64,000 bases of DNA from positions 15,004,001-15,068,000 of the forward strand of contig CM106585.1 in assembly GCA_048013815.1 (NCBI GenBank), read 5' to 3'. The notes below the pieces were generated by a model. That model ran no database searches, was not told the origin of the DNA, and saw only the letters and a program-made list of their open reading frames with translations. This DNA is from Setoptus koraiensis (taxonomy: Eukaryota > Animalia > Arthropoda). How positions within the stretch are numbered: position 1 is the stretch's first letter; each line of letters opens with the position of its first letter. This document shows positions 1 through 11,027 of this stretch, one piece after another. Made by a program: the position numbers and the translations under genes.

Positions 1-928
1 ACAAATACAGGCTTGCAGATATAAGCAAATATGAGTATCAATGCGAGCACAAATATAAATCAGCGGCGCTGGCGATGATTTATATTTGTGTCGGGCCGCT
101 CCCTCGGCCGCTCGTCGGGCCAGCGCCGGCCGCTCGGGCTCACAAAGGCCGGCCCGTCAAACTGTTGCTGTACAGTTGTTGCGCAACAGTCGCCGCCGGA
201 CAGCGAGTGTTGCTCGGCTCAACAGTGTTGTTGCGCAACAGTGTAAACTTGAAAAGGCTTTTGTGCCGAGCTGCAAATGCGCGCCCCCTGTAAGCGCAAT
301 CTATTTTCGACGGCAACTTCTCGCACTGACCGACTGAATTGGCCGAGCGGCCGGCAGTTGATGATGATAGAGTAGCCAATCGCAATTAGTCTCTCGTCGG
401 TCCGGTCGCTGTTGCACTGTGCGGACTGTGTGTGCCCAATGGGCAACTTTCGCCGCTGTGGCCGGCGCAGGTTGCCCGCGACCGGCAACAACTTTCTCGC
501 AGCCAGCCAGACAAACTGTTGTGGCCAGCCGATGCATTATGTAATATTTGCAACAATCGCTCAACGATGATGCAAATGATGAGCCGAGAGCCGCGGTAGC
601 CGCAACAGTGTCATTAGCCGCCGTTGCGAGCCGCTCATTACGAGCACGCCATTAGCCGCTGCCCAAGTGGTTGCAGCTTCTGGAAGCCGGCGAGCGCCGA
701 TTGCGGCCAGCGAGCTCCGGTGCCGAGCAGCCAGCGCCGATTCCGAGAAGAAGATCCCAGCACAAGGTACGAGCACAAGATCCCGGCAGCCCGGCCGACG
801 GCGCTCGGGTTGCCAGCCGGCGACTAATGATGAGCCTGGGCGCGGTATCGCCGGCACGCTCATTGCGGTATCATGCAAATGTGAGCCGCACGGCGCAATG
901 CAAATTGCACTCGCAACTCACAACGCTC

Positions 929-1039
929 TTACCTGCGCCTGCCCGCGCTCACCTGAGCTACCTGCGCTCGCCTGAGATCGCCTGCGCCTACCCGCGCTCA
1001 CCTGAGCTCACCTGAGCTCACCTGAGCTCACCTGAGCTC
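929..1039. repeat. Decamer array GCTCACCTGA (4 perfect copies at 996-1035, degenerate copies upstream)
   Basis: Direct reading of the sequence. Confidence 0.95.
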
Positions 1040-1531
1040 GCAAAGGCATCGCGAATCTCGGCCGGCTACCGAGAGCCGACTGCCACTCGAGTGTTGCAAA
1101 GCTGACCAGTGCAAGCGGCTGCAAGTGTCCGCGCCATGGCTGCGGGCAACGTTGCGCCGGGCTCGATACGTCTTGCGCAACAAAATGCGTCCAAAAGTCC
1201 GACAAAATCACACTGATGTGTCGCATGCTGCTTCCTATCTGATCGCATCAACTCACAACTTGTCAGACACAGGCCAAGTGAGCTTGTGTTGCGCAACCTG
1301 TTCATGCGCGGCCGCATCACTTGGGCGCCGGTCGCCGGCCACTCAGCCTGAGTGACTCAGGTGAGTGTGGCCATTGTGTGAGCAAATTATCAAATAATTA
1401 TCATTATAATTATTTTGGTTTGTGCGAGCGCTTAAGAGTGCTCGTTAGCGAGCCAGTTGTCACCTGGTGTCCCTTTAGTTGGCTTGGGCGGCGCGAGGCA
1501 GCGACAGTGTCGCCAGCTTCAACCGTCTGCA

Positions 1532-1584
1532 CAGTCTCGTCAGTCTCGTCAGTCTCGTCAGTCTCGTCAGTCTCGTCAGTCTCG
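1532..1584. repeat. 9-mer array (CAGTCTCGT) x5.9
   Basis: Direct reading. Confidence 0.95.
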
Positions 1585-1954
1585 ACATTCTCGACAGGAA
1601 CTGGCCAGAGTGGCTCAAACGGACAATTGAATTCAATTGTTCGTTGAATTGTTTGTTGGTGTGCGGCGCGCTCGCAAGCTGCCACGGCAGCCGACGAGAC
1701 GGCCGACGAAATGTCCGCTGCAGCAGCCGACGATATTGCAGCGCTGCGTCTGAGATGTTACGTAACAGTTGTGGCCGGCGCTGCGGTCCGCTCTCGGCCG
1801 GCGCTTCTGGCAGCGCGGCGAGCGCCGACAACCGGAAGGCGCAAGCCGCATATCGCGGGCGAGCGGTGTCGCGGGCAGCTCGACTGTTGTTGGCTGTGCG
1901 GCCAACTGCCGGCCGACCGCGGCCGGCCCGACCGTTGTGACGCAAGCCAGTGAC

Positions 1955-2029
1955 GCAATGGTCAGTGTTGCAATGGTCAGTGTTGCAATGGTCAGTGTTA
2001 CAAATGGTCAGTGTTATAAATGGTCAGTG
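1955..2029. repeat. 15-16-mer array GCAATGGTCAGTGTT x~5, degenerate at the right end
   Basis: Direct reading. Confidence 0.9.
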
Positions 2030-3031
2030 GGTCTCGTGAGCGCGTCGAGTGCGCAGAGTGCGCCGAGTCGCACATGCAAACATTCAATTTGCATTTGTGG
2101 TCACTCTGGGCCACCGATACTCACACCGCCGCTGACATGGCGCAATTTCATCATCGTGTTGCGTCATAATCGGTTGCATCAGCGTCGTCAGTGGCCGCAT
2201 CACGCATTGGTTGACGATGCAGCGTTAGTGGCGTCAGTTGCGTCAGTTGCGTCAGTGGGTTTGTTTGTGCGCTTGTGGCAACAATCAGTCTGACAATGGG
2301 TGAGCAATAATTGCATAACACTGTTCGTATTATGCAATTTGCCAACGTTGCTGTGCCGCACACAATTGACAGACCTCAGTCTGTCGGACAGAGCGAGCGA
2401 ACAATTGAATGCCCAATTGAATTGTGAGCAACGAGCAACGAGCAACCGACAACCAACAAGCCAATCACCAAAATGGCGATGATGCCCTCATAATACCAAT
2501 AACGATAATGAAACTGACCAGCGCACTGGTCACTTTGCGAGCGACTTGCGTCAGCCAGCTGAAGCTGCGCCGGCCAGTTGATTCGGCGGCCGGTTGATTC
2601 GGCGGCCGGTTGATTCAGGGGCCGGTTGCTGGTGCATCACTGTGGTTGCGTCATGGGCACAGTCATCGCTTAATTCCGTGATACGAAAACATGACGCATG
2701 TGCGCCGCGTTAAGCAGCATTGCGCCCCATCCGGCTCCGTTCGCATCGCCCCCGTGGGCCCCGGCGGCTCCGCTGCTGGCTTTGAGACCGGTGTCACCTG
2801 TTAGACGCGCACGGTTCACTGGCCCAACGGGGCCCCGCGGACCCACTGCGCCACCGACCGGACCCACTGGGCACTGTTGCAGCAATTTGTTTTGGTGAGC
2901 GTGCGCGGGCGGGTGTAGTGAGCCGGAAAGGGGCCGCTGGCGCGGATGTCGGGTAAGCGCGCGAGCACAACATAACAACATTCAATAACAACATTGTTTG
3001 TCTGACCGGTCTCATTGGTGCGCTGACCGAT

Positions 3032-3071
3032 GCCAGTTTGGCCAGTTTGGCCAGTTTGGCCAGTTTGGCCA
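3032..3071. repeat. 9-mer array (GCCAGTTTG) x4.4
   Basis: Direct reading. Confidence 0.95.
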
Positions 3072-4016
3072 CTGTCGCCGGCCAGCAGTAATTGCTGCCG
3101 GCGCACAACAGTTGCCGTGAGCGGGCGATCTCACTGCTCATTGCGCCGGCCAATCGCACGCAAATGGCCCCTGTGGTCAGCGCAATCGCGTCGCCGTAAT
3201 TGGCCGTAATCAAGTTTGGCCATTGTGTGCGCCCATGCTCGCCGCCAGGTATTGTTGTTATCTGTCGTGTTCGCTGGTTCGCCGGTCGCCTGTTCGCTGA
3301 TTCGGCGGTCGGCGGCCGGCGGCGGCAACGGTGTGATATGATGCCGGCGATATCGCACATTGGCGCAGTGCTGCGAGCCGCCGACCGGCCGATTGTTGCC
3401 GGCCAGTCAGCCGGTCGCCGATGGACACTTGTTCGCGGCGCGGGCCGCCTGGGCGCCACAAGCGCTCAGCCGCTGGTGTGCGCGCCGCCGGCCATTGCCG
3501 GCTCGCCGGGCAAGTGGCCCGAGCCGCGCAAATTGCGCGCCCGACCATTGCGGCCAGCAACCGCGCCGACGGCTAGACGTCAAGCTGTGCCGGCCGTTGC
3601 CCAACAACAAAATCAAATCATGTCCAGCCGACTGTCGCTGTTGTTGTCGTTGTTGTTGTTGTTGCTGCTGTTGTTGTTGTTCTCCGCGCGTTGTCGCCCT
3701 GTGCTCGGGCGAATCGGCTTGCGCCGCTCGCGAGTATCGCCGCTCGCACAATTTGCAGTGCAAATTTTGCACCATATTCGTGCTTATAAATAATACATAA
3801 TAATGCGGGCGCGATGCGCGCCCATTCCGTCGGCTCCGCACCGTCCCACTGCGATTGTCGAGCGCCCGGCCGCCGGGCCGGGCCGGTTCGACGCCCGACG
3901 CTCGTCACAGCGCAAGCCAGCACCGCACCGACAATGATAACGTAATGTGGTGAGCGCCGCCGGAAAGCCGGCCGAGGCGGGCCGGAATGGGCCGAGGCGG
4001 GCCGGAATGGTGCCCC

Positions 4017-4069
4017 GTTCGAACAGTTCGAACTGTTCGAACTGTTCCAACTGTTCGAACTGTTGGAAC
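4017..4069. repeat. Self-complementary 9-mer array (GTTCGAACT/A) x~6
   Basis: Direct reading; contains CAGTTCGAACTG palindromes. Confidence 0.9.
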
Positions 4070-5626
4070 GGCCCGATGGAACTGATCGGCACACAAGCAA
4101 CAGACAGCGGCTGCATGTAACATATCTCGTCCGCTCGCCCGTGTGTGCGAGCTGTGCGAGCCGTGTGAGTCGCAAACTGCGAGCTGTCAGCGCCGAATGC
4201 GGTCAGTTTGACGGGCTGCACATGACGCCGTCGACACATGCCGGCCATAAACTGACCGGCCTGACACACTGCGGCATGCAAATCGCAAGCGCATAATTGG
4301 CAGCCGAAGCAGGGCCCAAGAGCACTTTCGATTGGGCGCAATCAGTGCGCCGCTGGCCAGTGGTCAGCTCACGTCTGTTTATATCTGGCTGTGTGTCTGG
4401 CTTGCTCACATGGCATGAGCAGATAAAAGTTATATCTGGCTGCATCTGTGCATCTGTCTCATGGCCGCGTCTCATGGCTGCCGTCGTCGGGCCGAACAGA
4501 GATGCGGCGCGGCTTCATTTGCGGCCCGAGACGCTGTTGCGCCAAAGCAATAAAGCAAGCGAAAAAATCTCTCTCTCTCTCTCTCGTTGAAACAATCTCT
4601 CGTTTAGTGTTTAGTGCCAGCTAGTTGCTTTATGGCCAGTTTATGCCGGCCACTCGCATGCGCTGGCCGCATTATTGCCGGCCACTCGCTGACGCAACTC
4701 TGCGCACACTGACGCAACTGGCACTCGCTGACGTAACTGCAATCACCATGATAACTCACATATGAGATAATGATAATACACATGCACACATGATGATCGC
4801 ACACACAAAATAATCAGTGCCGGCGAGCGATGACCAACGACGAGCGTCGTCAAGAAAATTATCTCACAGCGCTAATGCTCATCGGCGCAGTGTGCGCCGT
4901 ATGGCCGCGCTTGGCATTGAGCTGGCACTTGCTTGCGAGTCTACAGACGCCCCGTCCGGCCCGCTCGCCGGCTGTTCGCCCGTTCGCCCGCTCGATCGCC
5001 GCCCGCTCGGTCGCTGTCCGTTCGCCGGCCCGTTCGCTGGCCAGCCAGCGGACGGCGGGCCAGACGAGCGCTGGCGTCAGCGGCGGCCGGCGCGAACAGC
5101 TCATCGGCTATATCCAGTGCCCACTGGCGAGCTAATTGCTGGCCGTCGTGATGAGCTTCTCACATTGTCGCCGTGTCGCATTATCGCGTTCGTGTTGCCT
5201 TTGGCAGTTCGCACTCGGCAGTTCGAGTTCGGCATTCGGCAGTTCGAATTCGGCAGTTCGAATCCAGCGTTCGGCAGTTGGCGACGCCAGCAGCACAGCG
5301 AGCGAGCCAACAAAGCGTGGGTGTCGCCGCACGCACTTGTCGCAACTTGCTCGTCGCGACAATCAGCCGCATGCGAGATTTGCATGCAAATAAATGTATA
5401 TTAAATGGGATTAAATGGGCCAAATTGGGATTATCGCGCAAGCATGCGACGCGACGCGCTCGCTTGGCGGAAGTTGGCCAATGTGTCACTCGCTTGTTGT
5501 GCTCGCTTGCATGTTTTGCATGTTTGCACTTGGTCACTGTTGTGTGTCCGTTGTCCGTTTTCATTAGCCGAATGTGCGCTTGTTGCGCACATTCACCGTG
5601 TTGTTAGCTCGCCAAATCGCCAAATC

Positions 5627-5680
5627 GGCGCGATATGGTGAGATATGGCGAGATATGGCGAGATATGGCGAGATATGGTG
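5627..5680. repeat. 10-mer array (AGATATGGCG) x~5
   Basis: Direct reading. Confidence 0.9.
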
Positions 5681-6458
5681 AGTGCACAAACACACACTGC
5701 TTGGCAAACACTGGGCGACTCGGCGTGTAAATACAACGACTCTCTTGTGAGTGGCAAGTCGGCTCGCGGTCGCTCGACGCTCACGCTCGATCCCACTGAC
5801 AACGCTGACAGTGCTATTATCAAGATTATTATCAGCGCACATTATGCAGGCTTATTATGTAATATTCATTTGCGTTTGCACTTACGTTTTTAGCAAATTG
5901 TCGCTTATGACCAACACTATTCGTCGAGAGGCATTAATTGCCTCCACGATGGCGTCGCTCAGGTATCCGCTGGCCACGGGCAGGTCTCTGTAGTGGAGAG
6001 CCAGTCTGTTAATGGCCGCCGTTGGTTGCGTTCAATTCGGTCGGTCGGGTTGCCATTACGGGCGAGCATGCGGACCATGTGTAATATCACAGGTGAATGG
6101 CGTTAGTTGGTCGGTTGGCGCCAGAGTGGGCCAGTTTAATTGGAGCGGCCATTTGAATGGGTTCGTGTGTGCGTTCGGTGCGCCGGTCGGTCGTTCGAGG
6201 CACGAAGGGAGAAAGAGATTGAAATTGAGTTGGATTAGCGAGTTGTTGTTGTCGGTGTTGTTTTGGTCGGTGTTGTTTTGGTCGGTGTTGTTTTAGTCGG
6301 TGTTGTTGCTGCTGTCGTGAGCTGGCCAACGCGCCGATACTCGAGCAATAATGCGTCTGCACTACTAATAATGATAATAAGGTAGCTGCTGCGCCCGCCG
6401 CCAGGGCCACTCGGCCACTCGGGCCACTTTGGCCACTGCGAGCTGACCATCATGCACA

Positions 6459-6552
6459 GGGTATCATTGTTATTATTGGGTATCATTGTTATTACTGGGT
6501 ATCATTGTTATTATTGGGTATCATTGTTATTATTGGGTATCATTGTTATTAT
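6459..6552. repeat. 19-mer minisatellite GGGTATCATTGTTATTATT x5
   Basis: Direct reading; one substitution in copy 2. Confidence 0.95.
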
Positions 6553-6670
6553 GGCTGGCGCGCATTGCGTAAGCTCTGCTATTATGGTCGGGCGGCCAGC
6601 CGCGCGCTTTGCCGCATGCAGTCGGCAACTTGGCGGGCCGGCAGCGTGCGGCGAGCGGGCCGCGGGGTAT

Positions 6671-6743
6671 TATCCGCGCGCTATCCGCGCGTTATCCGCG
6701 CGCTATCCGCGCGCTATTCGGGCGTTATCCGCGCGTTATGCGG
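6671..6743. repeat. 11-mer array TATCCGCGCG(C/T) x6
   Basis: Direct reading. Confidence 0.95.
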
Positions 6744-7136
6744 CGGCGGCCAGCGCCAATAAAACGTAAGCCCATTTTTTATATTGGCCATTGTTTGTTT
6801 ATTTATTGTTATTATCAATTTTGTGTGTCCACCGGCCGCTGGCCGCCAGTTATAATCTGGCCGCTCACCTGAGTCGCATGCTCGCATGCTCGTATGCTCA
6901 TATGCTCGTATGCTCGTATGCGGCTCGGGTGAGATATCAGCCCGATGCAAAACAAACAATCGCGCCTGTTTATTGGTGCAAGTTTGCTGCTGCCAGCGGC
7001 GCCGGCCAATCGAGTTGAGCCGCCACTCGCCACTCGCGAGGGCTCTCAATCAATTTTGGCCGCTCCATCCGCGCACCGCGGCTCCCAGCGCTCGGTCATC
7101 AGCGCCCGGTTACCCGCGCCCGGCTACCCGCGCCCG

Positions 7137-7178
7137 GCAAGGTGAGCAGCGCAAGGTGAGCAGCGTAAGGTGAGCAGC
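7137..7178. repeat. 14-mer array GCAAGGTGAGCAGC x3
   Basis: Direct reading. Confidence 0.9.
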
Positions 7179-8571
7179 GGCTATGAGCTGGGCTGCTATT
7201 ATCGTGAGGCATCGTGCGGCCGCCATCGCATGACTATTGCGGCCATCGGATCGCCGGCTGCAATAGTTGCTGGCAGCGCGGTCGCCGTGAAAAGCACACC
7301 GTGGTTATTAGTGCATGATTACTACATGATTGAGCTCATTTTATTCCTTCTCGGCCCTCGTCTACCTGTGCTGCCATGCAACCTGTGCAACGGAGCCGTC
7401 GCCTGTGCAGCCGGGCAACTTGTGGCGCTTCTCTGGCGGCTTGTTGGCAGTTTCGATTGCAGTTCGAAAGGCACCGCATTGCCATTCGACACTGTCCACA
7501 ATGCCTCTGCGAACCGGTGCCACTGGCCACCGAGCATCGGCCGGCCATTCCACAACAATCGCACAACATGGGCACAACGAACGCACCACGAACGCACCAC
7601 GAACGCACAACAACGCTCATCTGGAAAAGCGACCGGTAGTGGCAGGCAGAACAGGCCAGCGGCCAGTAGTAACAAGCAAACAATAACAAACAAAAATAGT
7701 ATTAAAAATAATTTCAAAACAGCGATCGTGTGTTTGTGTTCTCACACTGGCACAAACAAACAAACCGTGCACTCGTCGACAGTTTCCACGCGGGCCGGCA
7801 TGGCCGCATCACGATTGTTGCGTCATGAATCATGACTGCTCTATAGTGGACACTGCACACTGGACACTGCACACTGGACACTGCAAACTGTGCGCTGGAC
7901 GCTGGACGCTGGACAGCGCCATAGACTGTGCGCATAGTGTGCGAGCGAGGACAAGCATGAGTAAATTGCAAACCTCTACGTCTCAACACAAACGACCGGC
8001 ACGCCATAAATGGGGCGCATGAGCCAGATCGGTGTCGGTCGCCGTTGTCGCCGTTGTCGCCGTTGTCGCTGCTGTTGTTGTTGTTGCTGCCGCTGGTCAG
8101 TTTGCGCGGACGCGCACAAGCTGTGGCGCGGACAACAACGACAGCGCAGCCAACAGGTTCAGTCGGTCGATATCTCGCTGGAGCGCTGTTTGGGGCGCGT
8201 GTCGCTCGGGGGCGCTCGCTCAGAGTGGGCCCAAGCTTTGCATTGCGGCGAGTCGCGGGCCGGCCCAAGTGCGGCCGGAGTGCGGCCAATGTGCGGCCAA
8301 AGTGCGCAACGGTCAGTGTCGGGTCAGTGTCGAGTCAGTGTCGGGCAGCTGTGAGTGTGGCTCAAGTGTAACAAGTTTGTGCCATGTTGGCACAAACTTG
8401 AAGTCGCGCGCGACAAGTGCTCAGTGGCGGCTAATTGCTACATGTTGACATATGGCAGCGTCTTCATTGGACAGCGCTCACTGGCCAACGAGCAGCGCAG
8501 TTGACACATGATGTTATCTATCTATGTGTTAATTAAAATCACAAATCTTCGATTGTGTCGCCGTTGTTCTC

Positions 8572-8620
8572 ATGATGCTTCGCGATGATGCTTCTCGATG
8601 ATGCTTCTCGATGATGCTTC
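8572..8620. repeat. 13-mer array GATGATGCTTCTC x~4
   Basis: Direct reading. Confidence 0.9.
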
Positions 8621-11027
8621 GCCACCGCGCCGACACACCGCAAACATATGGCTGTCGAGCCGCTGAGCCGTCGAGCTTTGCAGCTTTGGAGCTCGGAGCT
8701 TGGAGCTTTGGAGCGAGGCTGAGCTGCGCCGACGACTCAATGACAGCGACAATCGACAACAGTGTCATGAGATCAACACAAACAAACAACAGATAGCACA
8801 TCTTCTGTGGCCCGCAAACGACGATGGGAACTCTTGACATGTCTGTCAATGTTCTCATGACGTCGCTAGCTCGCAAATCGTGCCGATCAATTAAACGCTC
8901 TCTCACTTGTCGCTGATCTAGATCTGCGCAATTGACTGCTGATACGCTTGTTGCGAGCACTCATACGCTTGTTGCCGATGCGGTCGTCGCCGATGCGGTC
9001 GTCGCCGACGCGGTTGTTGCTGCAGTCGTCGTTGTTGTTGCTGTTGTTGATGTCGTTGTTGTTGATGGGCAGAGATGCTGCCAGAGATAACATTGAGCGC
9101 GCTATCAGCAAACCCAAACGGAATGTTCCGTGCCGGCGCGTCCATTTGCCCGGCGAATAGATGCCCGACTAGAGGCGAGCACGACTCGATCGACGAGTCG
9201 CTCAGGACGCTGCTATCAGAGTAACAGTGGCTGCAATCAACTGGTGCCAGCGACAATTATTTCGATCTGGCATCGATCTATTTAGACAGAGCGGCCTTTA
9301 GACGGTCTGGCGGTGCTGGTGCCATGCCGATCAGCAATCGCGCAAAGTCAATGAACCTGCTCTGGCAATTGTCAAACAACAGTCGTTGCTGTTGCTGTTG
9401 TTCTCCAATCTGTTTATTGTTCTTTGTCTTGCTCTCTCGCACTATAACTCATCGATACTACCGGCACATTTATCGCCGACCATGTTCGCTGGCCATTATC
9501 CAAACATCCAAGCATCGGCTGAACTTGACCGGCATGCTGCGGGCTAGTGTGCTCGCCCTAATCACATGCTGCTGCTGCTGCTGCTAATGCCGCCGCTTGC
9601 ATAATAATTAATGTTTGCCCATGAGACGAGCCTGCTGCTATTTTATTTGTGCGCTGCGCTGTGCTGTGCGTCTCGGATAAAATAAATCAGGCGGCCAGGT
9701 GAAGGCATCGGTTTGCGCCAAACCGATCTGCCTTCATTGGTCAGTGGTCGCGAAAAGTAACTCGAAAATCGTTATTGTAATCACGCTGCTGCTGCTGCAA
9801 AGCTGACCAAGCCAAACAGCGAGCCCGAGCACAACGCAACCAGCACTTACGTAAGCGCGCAACTAACACGCTGACGACCGTGATGGTGATGAGGTGAGAA
9901 AAGCGCATTACATAACAAGCATAATAAAATTAACACTTGCCTGTTGTCGCTGTTGTTGCTGCTGCTGTTGATGCTTTTGATGCTGCCAGCAGCACATAGA
10001 CAACAACAGGTTGCCAACAAACGCCACGACGCTGTTGGCATCTCGATCGATGCTGCTCGCCAACTAAACAAAGCCGCTCTAGACACAGCCAAGACAGGCC
10101 GCTAACGAGCGCCATAATTTAAGCGCCAGCACCGCGGTAATTTAGTTTGACGGGTTAGTTTGACTTGGCTGGGTGTCAAACTGGCCGCTCGAATTGCTTC
10201 GACTCGAAGCCTTCGAGACACTCGACGAGCCCCACTCGACCGACAACAACAATCCCCTTCGTCTCGTTTCGGCCACAACCGGCGCCATTATTAACAATAT
10301 AACACAAAACACTTGCCACTGACAACTGAACTGGCACCAGACAACACTTGACAACAATCAGAGCTTCGAAAGAAACACACACACATATATTTCGCAAAAA
10401 ACGCATATTTCGACAAACGATTAATGTGCTGCGGCGCTAATCCTAATTAGAATAAATTATTGTCTCGGTCTCTTTTAGCGCACGAGTCATGTCATTTAAG
10501 CGAGCGAGAGAGAGAGAGAGAGATTAACTTTTTTGCCAATATTATTTTGCTAGTTGTTGTGTGATAATGTGTTTATGCGAACATAATAATTATAATTATA
10601 ATAATAGTAATAATAATAGCGATAATATTATAAAAAATAATAGTAATAATAAACATATTGATAATGATTACGCGATAATAATAAATAGGGTTAAAAAGAC
10701 TGGTAACAAGCATCAACAACTACTCAACGACTCAACGGCTACCACCTATGGCTAAATGTTTCGCTCGCTCTCCTCTCGAATCTAGAATCTATCTCTAATC
10801 TAGTCTGATCGTCTGGCCCTGGCCCAGCGTCTGTGTTGTGTGTTCTTAATTCTAGCTCTTAATTGACAGATTGTTCTTTATGAGAACGCTGCCCACTGTT
10901 GTTTCGATCGGCTCTATTCGATTGGTTGCCCTGCTCTTCTACTAACTAACTACGATTCCGACGAATGGGGTGCAATCGATGCGGGTTTGGGTCATGGTAA
11001 TTGTGTGTGTGTGATAGGTATTTCTAT

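Larger units (their letters stand above)
1..10900. other. GC-rich, repeat-dense non-coding region 3' of Toll exon 2 (either a large intron or downstream regulatory DNA)
   Basis: Same composition and micro-array structure as the upstream desert; no recognisable exon. Confidence 0.6.

Noticed and set aside
4017-4069. Alternating GAA/TTC resembling a heat-shock element
   Set aside because: Spacing is 0 and 3 nt rather than the 2 nt of nGAAnnTTCn.
5256-5265. GTTCGAATCC, tRNA T-loop/B-box-like
   Set aside because: No T-stem or cloverleaf; it is part of a local GGCAGTTCG micro-array.
8529-8960. ORF segment RLIDRHDL...DMSRVPIVV faintly resembling the missing TIR continuation
   Set aside because: No credible phase-2 acceptor, no BB-loop Pro/Gly and no S.WC..E motif; likely coincidence.
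75-10406. Many 60-220 aa ORFs in the 3' desert
   Set aside because: They overlap in all six frames, are repeat-derived (e.g. VSLVSL, ETDETD, polyC/L/Q) and show no recognisable domain. This is expected in GC-rich, stop-poor DNA.
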